Shown here piece by piece: positions 9,677 to 19,345 of a stretch of 64,000 bases of DNA. Numbering within the stretch: position 1 is the first letter of the stretch; each line of letters begins with the position of its first letter. The translations under genes and the position numbers were made by a program. Source of the DNA: Candidatus Iainarchaeum sp. (lineage in GTDB: Archaea > Iainarchaeota > Iainarchaeia > Iainarchaeales > UBA10219); assembly GCA_018304425.1 (NCBI GenBank), contig JAGVWE010000007.1, positions 25,804 to 89,803 on the forward strand. The letters are read 5' to 3'. The notes under the pieces were generated by a model, which saw nothing but the letters and a program-made list of their open reading frames with translations, made no database searches and had not been told where the DNA came from.

Positions 9677-10120
9677 ATGCTGGACAAAAAGGATGCAATT
9701 ATCCTGGACAGCCTGCGCCAGAACAGCCGCAAAACCGTCAAGGAAATCGGCCGCGAAACCGGCATTCCCCGCACCACGGTTTTCGAGCGCATCAAGCGCA
9801 TGGAGCACAACCAGGTCATCAAAGGCTATTCCGTGAAACCCGATTACGAGAAAATCGGCTTTCCCACCACGGCCTTCACCATGGTCGCCCACAACGGTTC
9901 GGCCGGCGTATCCCAGAAGTCCGTGGCCAAGGAAATCGCGAAACTCCCCGGAGTCTATGAAGTGCAAATAATTGCCGGAGAATGGGACATGCTCGTCAAG
10001 GTGCGTGGCAGGTCCTTGGAATCCATCGGTGACCTAGTAGTGGGAAGGATGCGGGACATTACGGGCATTGCCAGGACGCTGACCTACTCCGTTTTCTACA
10101 CCATCCGCGAAGACTGCTGA
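9677..10120 (+). CDS. Lrp/AsnC family transcriptional regulator
   Basis: LDKKDAIILDSL HTH; IIAGEWDMLVKV. Confidence 0.93.
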   Translation: MLDKKDAIILDSLRQNSRKTVKEIGRETGIPRTTVFERIKRMEHNQVIKGYSVKPDYEKIGFPTTAFTMVAHNGSAGVSQKSVAKEIAKLPGVYEVQIIAGEWDMLVKVRGRSLESIGDLVVGRMRDITGIARTLTYSVFYTIREDC

Positions 10121-10144
10121 CGGTTGAAAACGCTCCCGGTTCCC

Positions 10145-11470
10145 TTACTCCGGCTCAAAGCAGTCGATGCGGCTCGAGGCCGTGATTTCGCCGCGCAGGT
10201 TCTCAGGCACTTTTTTCACGGCTTCCTCGCGCTTGAAGTTGCCCAGCAACCACGCCAGCTTCACGAAAGCGGTTTCGGGCAGCAGGTCTTCCGCGAAAAC
10301 GACGCCAATCTCGGAGAGCCGCCGCAGGTTCGTGTAGACGTACGGGTGCACGCGGCCATACAGGCATTGGGCGGTCATCACCACCACGCAGCCGGATGCA
10401 ATCAGTTTCTTGAGCGCCTCGTAATTGGGCAGGTTTTCCGGGGTGTTGGTGGGCATGTGTCCCATCCCAGTTCCCTCTACAACGAGGCCTTTGAACCCGT
10501 GCTCCAAGTAGAACAGGATTTCCTCGGGGTGCATGTTGGGGTGCGACTTGAGCAGCCCGACCTTTTCCTCGAACCCGTCCTTCACCGTGAACGGCTTTTT
10601 CTTGTCCACCCTGGGATAGTCCTTTTTCAGGTACTCGACCCTTCGCTCGTTGAAGTGCACGCGGGCAATCGGCTGGTCGTTGACCGCCTTGAAGGCATCC
10701 CGTCGGGAGGTATGCATCTTCCGCGCCTTCGTTCCCGGCAGAACCACGCAGGCCTGGTCATCCGAGGTCTCATGCATGCAAATGGCCACTCCCGCGAAAT
10801 CCGTTTGCTTGATGAATTCGGCCGCGCACAGGAGGTTGATGGCGGCATCACTCGAACCCCGGTCCGAGCTCCGCTGGCTGCCCACTAGGAGCACGGGCAC
10901 CGGCGGGTTTTCGAGGGCAAACGACAGCGCGGCCGAGGTATAGGTTAGGGTATCCGTGCCATGGCCCAGGATGATTCCCTTGGCGCCGTCCCGGATGGCG
11001 GCCTGGATGGCTTGGACCATGAGTTTGTAGTGCGAGAACCGCATGTCCTCCGACATCAGGTTGGCCACGTGCCTGGGCTCGAAGTTCGCGACCCGCGTGA
11101 GTTCCGGGAACATGGCAATCAGGTCCTCGGTCGAAAACGAGGCATACACCCCGCCCGTGGAATAGTTGACGCGGCTGGCAATGGTTCCCCCCGTGTGCAG
11201 GACCACGATTTTCGGGAGGGAAACATCCATTTTCAGGGCCTGGCTTTTCACGCCCGCCTTCGCGGAGGGTTCCCCGGTCTTCTTCAACTCCATGCCGGCT
11301 TCCACGCGCACGCCCATGTTGTAGCCGGTGTGGAGCTTGAGGGAAAGCGTTTCAGGGTCGGCCGATGGAAGGACGTGGCCCCGGAACGACTGCCCGTTCT
11401 TCGCCAACTCGACGAAGTCGCCTTCCTGGACCCCGGATTTCCGGAGCAATTCCCGGTAATCGGCTTTCAT
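10145..11470 (-). CDS. gatD: Glu-tRNA(Gln) amidotransferase subunit D
   Basis: HTGGTIASRV, HGTDT, SQRSSDRGSSD, KMHTSRRDAF; start MKADY. Confidence 0.96.
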   Translation of the reverse strand: MKADYRELLRKSGVQEGDFVELAKNGQSFRGHVLPSADPETLSLKLHTGYNMGVRVEAGMELKKTGEPSAKAGVKSQALKMDVSLPKIVVLHTGGTIASRVNYSTGGVYASFSTEDLIAMFPELTRVANFEPRHVANLMSEDMRFSHYKLMVQAIQAAIRDGAKGIILGHGTDTLTYTSAALSFALENPPVPVLLVGSQRSSDRGSSDAAINLLCAAEFIKQTDFAGVAICMHETSDDQACVVLPGTKARKMHTSRRDAFKAVNDQPIARVHFNERRVEYLKKDYPRVDKKKPFTVKDGFEEKVGLLKSHPNMHPEEILFYLEHGFKGLVVEGTGMGHMPTNTPENLPNYEALKKLIASGCVVVMTAQCLYGRVHPYVYTNLRRLSEIGVVFAEDLLPETAFVKLAWLLGNFKREEAVKKVPENLRGEITASSRIDCFEPE

Positions 11471-11524
11471 AGCGTTAATTACAGCTGAACGGTTTTTAAG
11501 CCATTCCCAGCCGAATTTTTGACG

Positions 11525-12208
11525 ATGCGATTTGTTTCCCTGTTTTCCGGCGGCAAGGACTCGACCTATGCGCTCTACTGGGCATTGCGGGAAGGCCACC
11601 AGCTGGCCAGCCTCCTCACCATCCGTTCTTCCTATGCCGAGTCCTACATGTATCATTTGCCCAACATCCACCTGACGGAGGTCGCGGCCGAGGCCATGGG
11701 CTTTCCCCTCGTGGTCGCGGAAACCAGCGCCGGCAAGGAAGCCGAGCTCCAGGTCCTGGAGGACTCCCTGGCCGACCTCAAGGAAAGCCAGGGCATCGAG
11801 GCCGTGGTCTCCGGGGCCTTTGCCTCCCGCTACCAGAAGGAACGCGTGGACCGGATATGCGAAAAGCTCGGCCTTGAAAGCCTGGCGCCCCTCTGGGGCC
11901 GCGACGGCGAAGACCTCTTGAACGACATGCTGGCCGCAGGCTTCAAGTTCATGCTCGTCGCCGTGGCCGCGCAGGGCCTGGACGAGAAATGGCTGGGCCG
12001 GCTCATCGACGAAAAAGCGGTTTCCGACCTCAAAGCCCTGCACGAAAAATACCAGGTGAGCCTGGTGGGGGAGGGCGGCGAATTCGAGTCCCTCGTGGTT
12101 GACTGCCCGCTCTTCCGGAAAAAAATCGAAGTCGTTTCCGCGGAAAAAAAGTGGGACGGCTGCCGTGGCGAACTCGCCATCAAGGAAACCAGGCTCGCCC
12201 CAAAATAA
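11525..12208 (+). CDS. dph6: Diphthine-ammonia ligase
   Basis: LFSGGKDS, SYMYH, GEGGEFES. Confidence 0.92.
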   Translation: MRFVSLFSGGKDSTYALYWALREGHQLASLLTIRSSYAESYMYHLPNIHLTEVAAEAMGFPLVVAETSAGKEAELQVLEDSLADLKESQGIEAVVSGAFASRYQKERVDRICEKLGLESLAPLWGRDGEDLLNDMLAAGFKFMLVAVAAQGLDEKWLGRLIDEKAVSDLKALHEKYQVSLVGEGGEFESLVVDCPLFRKKIEVVSAEKKWDGCRGELAIKETRLAPK

Positions 12209-12222
12209 TCAAATGCATGGAG

Positions 12223-13188
12223 TCAAAGGCATTGCTCGAGAGGTTCCTCGGCCCACACGCTGGCACGGCTCCAGTCCCTAATCGTTTCCTCGCCGAGCCT
12301 TGGCTCCCAGGCCAGCTTGCATTCGTAGTCGAACTCGCAGCCCTCGCAGAGGAATTCCTGGAGGCACGTTTCCGCTTCCAGCCGGTCCCGGCCCTGGACC
12401 GTGGCCTTGCACCGCCCCTCCCCCGGCTGGCCAGAAGCCTTCACCAGGAATTCTTCGACGGCCTTTCCCGCGTCCCCGCCCCGGGCTTCCAGCCGAACCC
12501 GGTAGTTGCCGGCCTCCCGTATCTCGAGGGGCAGCGACAAGCCGGTCTCCCCGGCCGGCGCTATTTCCCCCACTTCCCGGTTGACGGGCCCCGAGTGGAG
12601 GGCTTCGACCGGTTTCCCGTCAAGGACTGAAAGCCGGTAAACCCTGGCCGAAACGATGACGTCAGAAGCCTTTGCCTGCCCGGCATTCTTCACCTTGAAA
12701 GAGACCAGCGGCGAATCGACGCCCAACTCCATTTCGCGCGGCGCGCGCACGCCGGCCAGCTCGAGTTGCGCGGGTTTCCTTCCAAGGTAAGCAGTGCAGA
12801 GGTTGAGGCCCTGTTCTTCGACGCAGCGGAAGCCCACTTCCAGCAAGGCATCGCGTTCCACCTGCAGCCTCCGCTCGTCCGCGGCCACGAGGCAGCCCGG
12901 GCCGATGTTCTGCCGCGGGCAACACCGCAGGACATCCATGCAGCGGAAGTTCACGGACCGGGTCATGGAATCCAGGGCATCGGCCAAAACCATTTCGCCT
13001 TGCCGGAACTCCACGTTCTTTGAAAAAACCTTTCCATTGAGGCCCTCGGCGGCGTCCAGCGATTCCAGCAGCGCGTGCTGGAGCGGGGCCCTGGGCGCGA
13101 AGCCCGGCAAAATATAGGCAAAGAAAATCCACAGCAGGGCCAGGGCCGCAACCGCGACCGTCAAAAGCTTGAAGGGGGATTCGGCCAT
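12223..13188 (-). CDS. Membrane-anchored Cys-containing protein with CARDB/Ig-like domain
   Basis: N-terminal TM helix; VSFKVKNAG...GEIAPAGE. Confidence 0.7.
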   Translation of the reverse strand: MAESPFKLLTVAVAALALLWIFFAYILPGFAPRAPLQHALLESLDAAEGLNGKVFSKNVEFRQGEMVLADALDSMTRSVNFRCMDVLRCCPRQNIGPGCLVAADERRLQVERDALLEVGFRCVEEQGLNLCTAYLGRKPAQLELAGVRAPREMELGVDSPLVSFKVKNAGQAKASDVIVSARVYRLSVLDGKPVEALHSGPVNREVGEIAPAGETGLSLPLEIREAGNYRVRLEARGGDAGKAVEEFLVKASGQPGEGRCKATVQGRDRLEAETCLQEFLCEGCEFDYECKLAWEPRLGEETIRDWSRASVWAEEPLEQCL

Positions 13189-13192
13189 GGCC

Positions 13193-13432
13193 TCACCTCG
13201 CGAACGTGGCCCGCACGTGCCATTTCAGCAGCCACTCGAAGATTTTTTTCAGCACCAGCAACCCCACGAACAGGTAAAGCAAGGACGTTACGTCTCCCGT
13301 CAGCAAAAAATAGCGCCGGAAGTAATCCGCCCACACCTCGAGCCGGAACAGGAACCAGACCACAACGCCCAGGGCCAGCAACACCAGCAACAGCTTTTCC
13401 GCCAAATCCAGCCAAGCCAGCAGCCGCCGCAC
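13193..13432 (-). CDS. Small two-TM membrane protein
   Basis: Hydrophobic 79-aa ORF co-oriented with its neighbours. Confidence 0.65.
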   Translation of the reverse strand: MRRLLAWLDLAEKLLLVLLALGVVVWFLFRLEVWADYFRRYFLLTGDVTSLLYLFVGLLVLKKIFEWLLKWHVRATFAR

Positions 13433-13476
13433 GTCAAAGACCCCTTAAACTATGGTTTGACGGCTTAATAAACGTT

Positions 13477-15354
13477 TCAGGCGCTGTCATCGCCTTTCCC
13501 ACTTTCCTGGGTTTTCTGCGCCTTCTGCCGGGCAAACATGTCCCGGATTTCCTTGGTGGAAGTGGCTTCCTCGGCCTTCTTGTCCGTGCGGAAGGAAACC
13601 AGGCGCGGGAATCGCAACGCGTATCCCGGCTTGCCGGCTTCCCGGCCGCAGGCATGCACCGGGCTGCGCGTGATTTCGTCGGCGCGCACCTCGATGACGT
13701 GCACGGGCTCGGTCCACACGTCGGGTTCAAGGCCGGACTCCACGCGCGCGGGCTTCCGGTTGGCCTTGATTTTCTTCAAGCGCTCCTCCCATTCCGCGAG
13801 CTGGGCCTCGCTCAAGCCCGTGCCAATCTTGGCGATGCTTTCAAAGCAATCCCTTTCCCCATTGTAGGCGGCGGCCAGCAAGGCCCCCAACCCGAACCGG
13901 GTGCGGATGCCCTTCCCCTTGAAGTAACCGATGACCGCCAAATCCACGGAGTCCTGCAACTCGCCCTTGTAACTGCGCTTCAGTTTTATCCACGCGAACT
14001 TCCTCGCACCCGCGATGTACTTCGCGTCCAGGTCCTTTGCGACGATGCCTTCCAGGCCCTGCTCGATGCACCGCGTGAAGAAAGCGTCCACGGCTTCCGG
14101 CTCCTTCGTCACTATCATCGGCGTCACGTCCAGCACCCCGCCCCTTTCCACGATTCGCTCCAGGGTTTTCCTGCGCTCCCGGAACGGCAAGGGCATGAGG
14201 TTTTTTCCGTCCACCATCATGACGTCAAAGGCGAACAACTTCAGCGGCAGCTCCTCGGAAGCCCTTTCGATGCCGTGCTTGCGCTTCCGCTGGATGGTCA
14301 CCTGGAAGGGGAAGAACTCCCCGGTTTCCTCGTTCACCGCCAGGGCCTCCCCCTCGATGATGGCAGTCCGGGCCTTCAAGTGGGTTTTGACGCCTTCAAT
14401 GACTTCGGGGAACATGGGTGTTACATTCTCGCTGCGGCGGCTGAAGATGCTTACCTCGTCTTCCCTCTTGTGCACCTGCAGCCGGAAACCGTCGAACTTT
14501 CCCTCCACCATGCATTCCCCGAGCTTTTCCACGATTTCTCCCGCTGAAGGCAGCCGCTCGGCCAGGGTGGGCCGGATGGGCACGCCAGGCGTCAGCTCCA
14601 CGGCATCCAGTCCCTTGAGGCCCTTTTCCTTGAGCAACCGCGCGATGTCCCCCAAATCCGAGTGAATGTTGTACTTTTCCTCGATGCGTTCCCGCAGCAG
14701 CTGCCGCACGCGCCGCTCGAACTCCTCTCCCCGCTTTTCCTCTTTTTTTTCCTTGAGCTCGGCCTCGATTTTTTCGGCGGCCCGCTTCTCCTTTGCCAAA
14801 AATTCTTTCGAGTAAACGACGGCCAAGGCGTCCATCAAGGTGGGGTCGCCGATGCCCAGCCGCATGGCCCCCAACGGAATCCTTGTGACGAATTTGGCTT
14901 CCAAGGGAGAGGCGCTGTTCAGGAGCTCGGCCAGCAGCTTGAGCTTCTGCTCCTGGCTACCGTGGCCCGAGGCCTTCGCGATGCGCAAAAAGTTGTCGTA
15001 CACCTTTTCGACGGACAGTTTTTCGCGGAAGAGACTTTGCTGCCGCTTTTTTTCCGCGATTTCCTGGGCCACCAGGCCGAGGTCGCCGAGTTTCTGGAAC
15101 CGCTTCCCGACTTCCTCCCGCGCGTACCCAGAAGTCATGGCCAGGGCCTCTTCCACGAGCTTCTCCCCCAAGCCGATGTCATAGCCCTTGAAGCCCGGGG
15201 CAATCTGGCCCTGGCACAGGTAAATGACCTTGGAGACAACGGCGGCATCGGTCTCCCGCTCCCGCAGGAGCCCCCCCAGCAGGGAAGTCATCTCCAGGCG
15301 CGAGGCAGCGGCCTCGATTCGCTCCCAGTAACCGGCCAATTTCCCGAATTCCAT
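13477..15354 (-). CDS. lig: ATP-dependent DNA ligase
   Basis: EGKFDGFR, EGIVAK, WIKLK, ALRFPR. Confidence 0.96.
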   Translation of the reverse strand: MEFGKLAGYWERIEAAASRLEMTSLLGGLLRERETDAAVVSKVIYLCQGQIAPGFKGYDIGLGEKLVEEALAMTSGYAREEVGKRFQKLGDLGLVAQEIAEKKRQQSLFREKLSVEKVYDNFLRIAKASGHGSQEQKLKLLAELLNSASPLEAKFVTRIPLGAMRLGIGDPTLMDALAVVYSKEFLAKEKRAAEKIEAELKEKKEEKRGEEFERRVRQLLRERIEEKYNIHSDLGDIARLLKEKGLKGLDAVELTPGVPIRPTLAERLPSAGEIVEKLGECMVEGKFDGFRLQVHKREDEVSIFSRRSENVTPMFPEVIEGVKTHLKARTAIIEGEALAVNEETGEFFPFQVTIQRKRKHGIERASEELPLKLFAFDVMMVDGKNLMPLPFRERRKTLERIVERGGVLDVTPMIVTKEPEAVDAFFTRCIEQGLEGIVAKDLDAKYIAGARKFAWIKLKRSYKGELQDSVDLAVIGYFKGKGIRTRFGLGALLAAAYNGERDCFESIAKIGTGLSEAQLAEWEERLKKIKANRKPARVESGLEPDVWTEPVHVIEVRADEITRSPVHACGREAGKPGYALRFPRLVSFRTDKKAEEATSTKEIRDMFARQKAQKTQESGKGDDSA

Positions 15355-15468
15355 GCCATCATAGGGAGTCAATGGCCTTAAAACCCTTGTTCCCAGCCTT
15401 TCCAGGCCCCCAACAGGGAAATATTTAAATGGCCGAACTCCCTATATTCTGCCGTTCCAGGGACTTGC

Positions 15469-16115
15469 ATGGCGAAACCAGGTGCATCGGCCGAAGACGG
15501 GGGCGGCAGCACTTCCACGGGCATCCAAGAATTGGCACCTTTCTGGGGGGCGGTTTCCCCAAGGGAGCCGTGGTCCTCGTGGCCGGTTCCTCGGGCAGCG
15601 GCAAGACCATTTTCTCGTTCAACTGGCTGTTCGACGGCGCCCGCAAGGGCGAGAACGGCGTCTACGTCACCTTCACCGAGCCCCTGTTCAAGTCCGTGAA
15701 AAACCTGGAAGTCATGGACTTCTACGACCGCAAGCTCATCGAAGACGAGACCATCAAGATCCTGGACATCCGCGACCTCTACGCCGAGCAAGGCTTCGAC
15801 GCCCAGCGCATCCTGGACACCGTGGAACGGCAGGTCAAGGAAACCAACGCCAAACGCCTCTGCATCGATTCCGTGACCGCGATCGCCTACAACCTGGACG
15901 ACAAGGCGAAGACCCGGAAATTCATTTTCGTGGACTCGCTGTCCACGATGCTGATTTACAACCGGCCGGACGTCTTCGCGCGGTTCATCCACAGCGTGCT
16001 CGTGAAAATCCGGCTGAACTCCATCAGCGGCCTGCTGTTGTTCATTGAAACGCAGGCGGACCGGGAAGTCCGCGCCGAAATCGCACAGTTGTGCGACAAG
16101 GTCCTGCGGGTCTAG
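15469..16115 (+). pseudogene. KaiC/RAD55-like ATPase, frameshifted and apparently chimeric
   Basis: STGIQEL continues in another frame as TFLGGGFPKG...GSSGSGKT (1-nt loss near 15535); abrupt switch at KFIF|VDSLSTMLIYN. Confidence 0.7.
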
Positions 16116-16121
16116 GGGCTT

Positions 16122-16514
16122 TCACCAGCCGTCTGTTTTGAGGTTTTTCACGCGGTCGAAATGTTTGCGGTTGTTGGTGACCAAGATGGCCTCATGGCAT
16201 ACTGCGATGGCCGCAATCATGAGGTCCAGTACTTCGAGGCGGTTCCCCTTGCGGATGAATTCTGCGTCGAGTAGGGCGACCTGTTCGGCGGCATCAACTT
16301 CGAAGGGAAGCGGTTGTAGCGAGGCCAGGAATTTCCTCGCAAGGTCGAGGCTGGCAGGCGTGCCATACAGCCGCTCTCCAACCAGCACTTCGTATATGTT
16401 GATGCAGGTAGTGGCGATTTCCTTGTCCTGCTCCGGTAGTTGCCGTAATTTTGCGGTCGCAGCCTCTTTTCCGCGAAGATAGGCGATGATGCAATCGGAG
16501 TCAAGGATTATCAT
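16122..16514 (-). CDS. vapC: PIN-domain toxin
   Basis: IILDSD, DLMIAAIA, LVTNNRKHF. Confidence 0.92.
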   Translation of the reverse strand: MIILDSDCIIAYLRGKEAATAKLRQLPEQDKEIATTCINIYEVLVGERLYGTPASLDLARKFLASLQPLPFEVDAAEQVALLDAEFIRKGNRLEVLDLMIAAIAVCHEAILVTNNRKHFDRVKNLKTDGW

Positions 16515-16755
16515 GCATTCTCGCCTGTCGTTTCCAGAATGATGCCGTCGAGTCTTTCCTCAGTCGCCTGTACAAGGCCAGCCGCTTTTCGGCTTCCTCA
16601 TCGGTCATCGGGATGCTGCCGAAATACTTCATGAGGTCGGGTTGTTCCTTTTCCGCCAGCCGCTCGAGCAGGTCGCTGAAGCTCTCGCCTTCGTGCTTGG
16701 CCCTGATGAGCTTCTCATAGACCTTGCCCTTGATGGTAAGGGTTTTGAAGACCAT
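16501..16755 (-). CDS. vapB: VapB-type antitoxin
   Basis: KTLTIKGKVYEKL...ESFSDLLERL; overlaps the toxin start. Confidence 0.88.
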   Translation of the reverse strand: MVFKTLTIKGKVYEKLIRAKHEGESFSDLLERLAEKEQPDLMKYFGSIPMTDEEAEKRLALYRRLRKDSTASFWKRQARMHDNP

Positions 16756-16889
16756 GCTATGTTTAAGGTTAAACATATATTTAATCCTTGCTTCCATCCT
16801 TTTAAGCAACAAACTATTTTTAAGGCAATTGTCGTAATATTGGTGTGTTCGGAGAGTAGATTAATATAGCCATAAAGCAATATAGCTAT

Positions 16890-17138
16890 ATGGCTACAAC
16901 TACGTTGCGGGTGCAACTGCCGGAGGAAAAAGCCAGAAAGGTGCGGGAGCAAGCCATGAAACGCTTCGGTTATTCGAAAGGGGCCATCAGCAAGGCGCTC
17001 AATGTGGCCTTGGATGAATGGTTGGGGAAGGCGAAACCAGCCAAACCGCCTATCACGGCCAAGGACTTGTTAGGGCGGCTGAGTGGCGTAAAGGAGTCCT
17101 CCGTGGAACTCCAGCACAAGGCTCGTGACTATTGGTAG
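16890..17138 (+). CDS. Ribbon-helix-helix antitoxin
   Basis: RFGYSKGAISKAL, SSVELQH; directly upstream of a PIN gene. Confidence 0.82.
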   Translation: MATTTLRVQLPEEKARKVREQAMKRFGYSKGAISKALNVALDEWLGKAKPAKPPITAKDLLGRLSGVKESSVELQHKARDYW

Positions 17139-17146
17139 GCTGTGCC

Positions 17147-17551
17147 ATGTATTTGCTGGACACCAACATTTTTTTGGAAATCCTCCTCGATGGCGCACGC
17201 GCCACCGAATGCCTGCGCCTGCTCTCCCTTTTGCAGGGCGAACGGCTGTCTGCGGTTGTTTCGAAGTTCGCGGTTTATTCGATTTGCCTGATTCTTTTCA
17301 GGAAAAAACAACCCGATCTGGCCCGGGATTTCCTGGCCTATCTGGATTCCCTTCCAACCCTGCAAATCCATGGGACCTCCCTTGAGGAGGATGCCGAAGC
17401 CTTCGCCAGCGCGGAGAAATTTGGCCTTGACTTTGACGACGGCCTGCAGTTTACGGTTGCCAAGCGCTTGAGCGTGGAAGCCATCGTCTCCTTTGACCGG
17501 GACTTCGACAAGACCCCCTTGAAGCGCCTGGAGCCAAGTCAAATCCTTTGA
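17147..17551 (+). CDS. vapC: PIN-domain toxin
   Basis: YLLDTNIFLE, LDFDDGLQ, IVSFDRDFD. Confidence 0.9.
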   Translation: MYLLDTNIFLEILLDGARATECLRLLSLLQGERLSAVVSKFAVYSICLILFRKKQPDLARDFLAYLDSLPTLQIHGTSLEEDAEAFASAEKFGLDFDDGLQFTVAKRLSVEAIVSFDRDFDKTPLKRLEPSQIL

Positions 17552-17565
17552 CGAGAACCGCTGTT

Positions 17566-17730
17566 TCACTCGGCTTCCGTTTCCTGTCGTCTGACCCGAA
17601 GGAAGATGCCCGCCGCAATCAGGGCCGCGAGCGCCATCGTGAGTTCGTCGTACTCGGGGATGACGTTGAGGGTGTTGCGGCTGCCGAAGGCGCTGGTCGT
17701 GGTTGGACGGGAAAACCGCTCGTTTCCCAT
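17566..17730 (-). repeat. Orphan PEF-CTERM-like tail, copy 5 (possible 54-aa ORF)
   Basis: Translates MGNERFSRPTTTSAFGSRNTLNVIPEYDELTMALAALIAAGIFLRVRRQETEAE. Confidence 0.85.
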
Positions 17731-18149
17731 ATCGTCAGTAAAACATTTGGCGGTGAAATATGACAGTCGAATATTCTGTTGAGCCCTGGTACGCGCTTGA
17801 AATGCCTGGCGTTCCCGGTCAACAGGGTTTCCCGGGCTTGGAGGGCAATGGCCGCAATCATGCAGTCCTGTGGTTCGATGGGTTGGCCGGTTTGCCAGAG
17901 TCCTTGCTGGATTTCGCCTGCCTCGTTTGCGGCTTGGGCATCCAATGGCAGGGCAGGCAGGGAGGAAAAGAGTTCGCGGACGCGTTGCCTTTCTTCTTTT
18001 CCGGCGCGGTGGAGGCTTTGAATGACTTCAAACACGGTGATAGCCGTCGTCAGCAACGGTTCGCCTTTTCGCTTCAACTCCTCCGCCTTGGCGGCCGCAC
18101 CCTTTTCTCCCCTGATAAGGTCAATGACGTAGCTGGTGTCAAGAATCAT
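17619..18149 (-). CDS. vapC: PIN-domain toxin that has lost its native stop (read-through tail)
   Basis: MILDTSYVID, DCMIAAIA, LLTGNARHFKRVPGL, then unrelated sequence. Confidence 0.8.
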   Translation of the reverse strand: MILDTSYVIDLIRGEKGAAAKAEELKRKGEPLLTTAITVFEVIQSLHRAGKEERQRVRELFSSLPALPLDAQAANEAGEIQQGLWQTGQPIEPQDCMIAAIALQARETLLTGNARHFKRVPGLNRIFDCHISPPNVLLTIWETSGFPVQPRPAPSAAATPSTSSPSTTNSRWRSRP

Positions 18150-18382
18150 GGACGGAAGCCTTCCATGAGGGCGCGACTCCGCGCCAGGCCGGTGGCTCTC
18201 GACGCTTGCACGGCTTCCTCCACCGTTGCCGTGGTCTTCTTGGACAGTATGCCCGCGAATTTCGTCAAATCCGTTTTGTTGGTGAGCCTGCAAATCACTT
18301 GGCTGAAGCTCTCCCGCGCTTTTTTGCTGGAGGCCAGGCGCTTATAGGCGTCCACCGTAATCGAAATCGTTTTCGTTGCCAA
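18146..18382 (-). CDS. vapB: VapB-type antitoxin
   Basis: TKTISITVDAYKRL...ESFSQVI; TTG start after GGTGGGAG. Confidence 0.87.
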   Translation of the reverse strand: MATKTISITVDAYKRLASSKKARESFSQVICRLTNKTDLTKFAGILSKKTTATVEEAVQASRATGLARSRALMEGFRP

Positions 18383-18458
18383 TCTCCCACCTACACATAC
18401 ATACACATACGTGTATTTAAGGCTTTGGCTGGAAAAGTGGTCGCCCTCGTTTATGCCA

Positions 18459-18560
18459 TTAAACGGTTTTCCCGCGTTCCATGCGCCTAATCCATCCGAA
18501 GGCGAGCGCGGCCAGTAGTACGGTCAAGGCCAGCGTGTAGTCCTCGTATTCTGGGTTCAC
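18459..18560 (-). repeat. Orphan PEF-CTERM-like tail, copy 4
   Basis: Translates VNPEYEDYTLALTVLLAALAFGWIRRMERGKTV-stop. Confidence 0.8.
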
Positions 18561-18565
18561 CTCGG

Positions 18566-19345
18566 TTAATGCTTTTTCAGCCCATTTTTTTGAATCCGTT
18601 CTTCAATTTCTTTTTTCACTTGGGGAAAGGAAGGCAGCGGGCCGCCAACCAGCCCACCCAAGTCCCGTTCCCAACTGCCTTTTTTTTCGTCCACTTTGGC
18701 CCAGAAACCGTCTGGCGTGAACCGGAGCCCGGCATGCGCCATTTTCCTGCTTATGAGCCCCGGTTCGGCGGGCACGCCTCTTCGTTTCAGCAGGTGCCAG
18801 AGGTCGTAGACGTCCCTGGCCTTGTTTCTTTCATGGATTGCCCTGATTTTTTCGGCAAGGATTTCTTTTTCGTCCATGGCAAACAGATTGAATGGCCGGA
18901 TCTCCCGATAAATCGGGGCATACGGAAACGTTTGAACGGGCAGCAGCACGCGTTCCCTCAAGCTGATGTTGACGGCAAGGGAGGTTAGGCTTTCCTTGCT
19001 GCCGTCGTAAAGCGGCCCCCTTGCCTGCACGTAAACGTTTGTGCTCCTTTCAAACGCTTCCACGGTTGCCTTCGCCTTTACGTCCAGCAAGCTGAAAAGG
19101 CCGGGTAACCGCGTAAAGAAATTTTTTGGCTTGAAGCCTTTTCCAGCCGTGAAGTCGAGGTCTTCGCTGAAACGGTCCAACTTGTACGCCTTGTATAGGC
19201 AGGTTCCGCCTTTAAAGACGAGCTTGCTCCCGAACTCCCGGTAAATGTTTATCAAGGCCAGGTCCTGCAGGTAATCCAATTCCGTGAGCCGGAGGCTGAG
19301 GCCCTTGAATTTTGCGACGGCCTGCAGTTCTTCACGCTTGAGCAT
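18566..19345 (-). CDS. AbiEii-family nucleotidyltransferase toxin (type IV TA)
   Basis: FKGGTCL, RFSEDLDF, AEKIRA, KARDVYDL. Confidence 0.92.
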   Translation of the reverse strand: MLKREELQAVAKFKGLSLRLTELDYLQDLALINIYREFGSKLVFKGGTCLYKAYKLDRFSEDLDFTAGKGFKPKNFFTRLPGLFSLLDVKAKATVEAFERSTNVYVQARGPLYDGSKESLTSLAVNISLRERVLLPVQTFPYAPIYREIRPFNLFAMDEKEILAEKIRAIHERNKARDVYDLWHLLKRRGVPAEPGLISRKMAHAGLRFTPDGFWAKVDEKKGSWERDLGGLVGGPLPSFPQVKKEIEERIQKNGLKKH

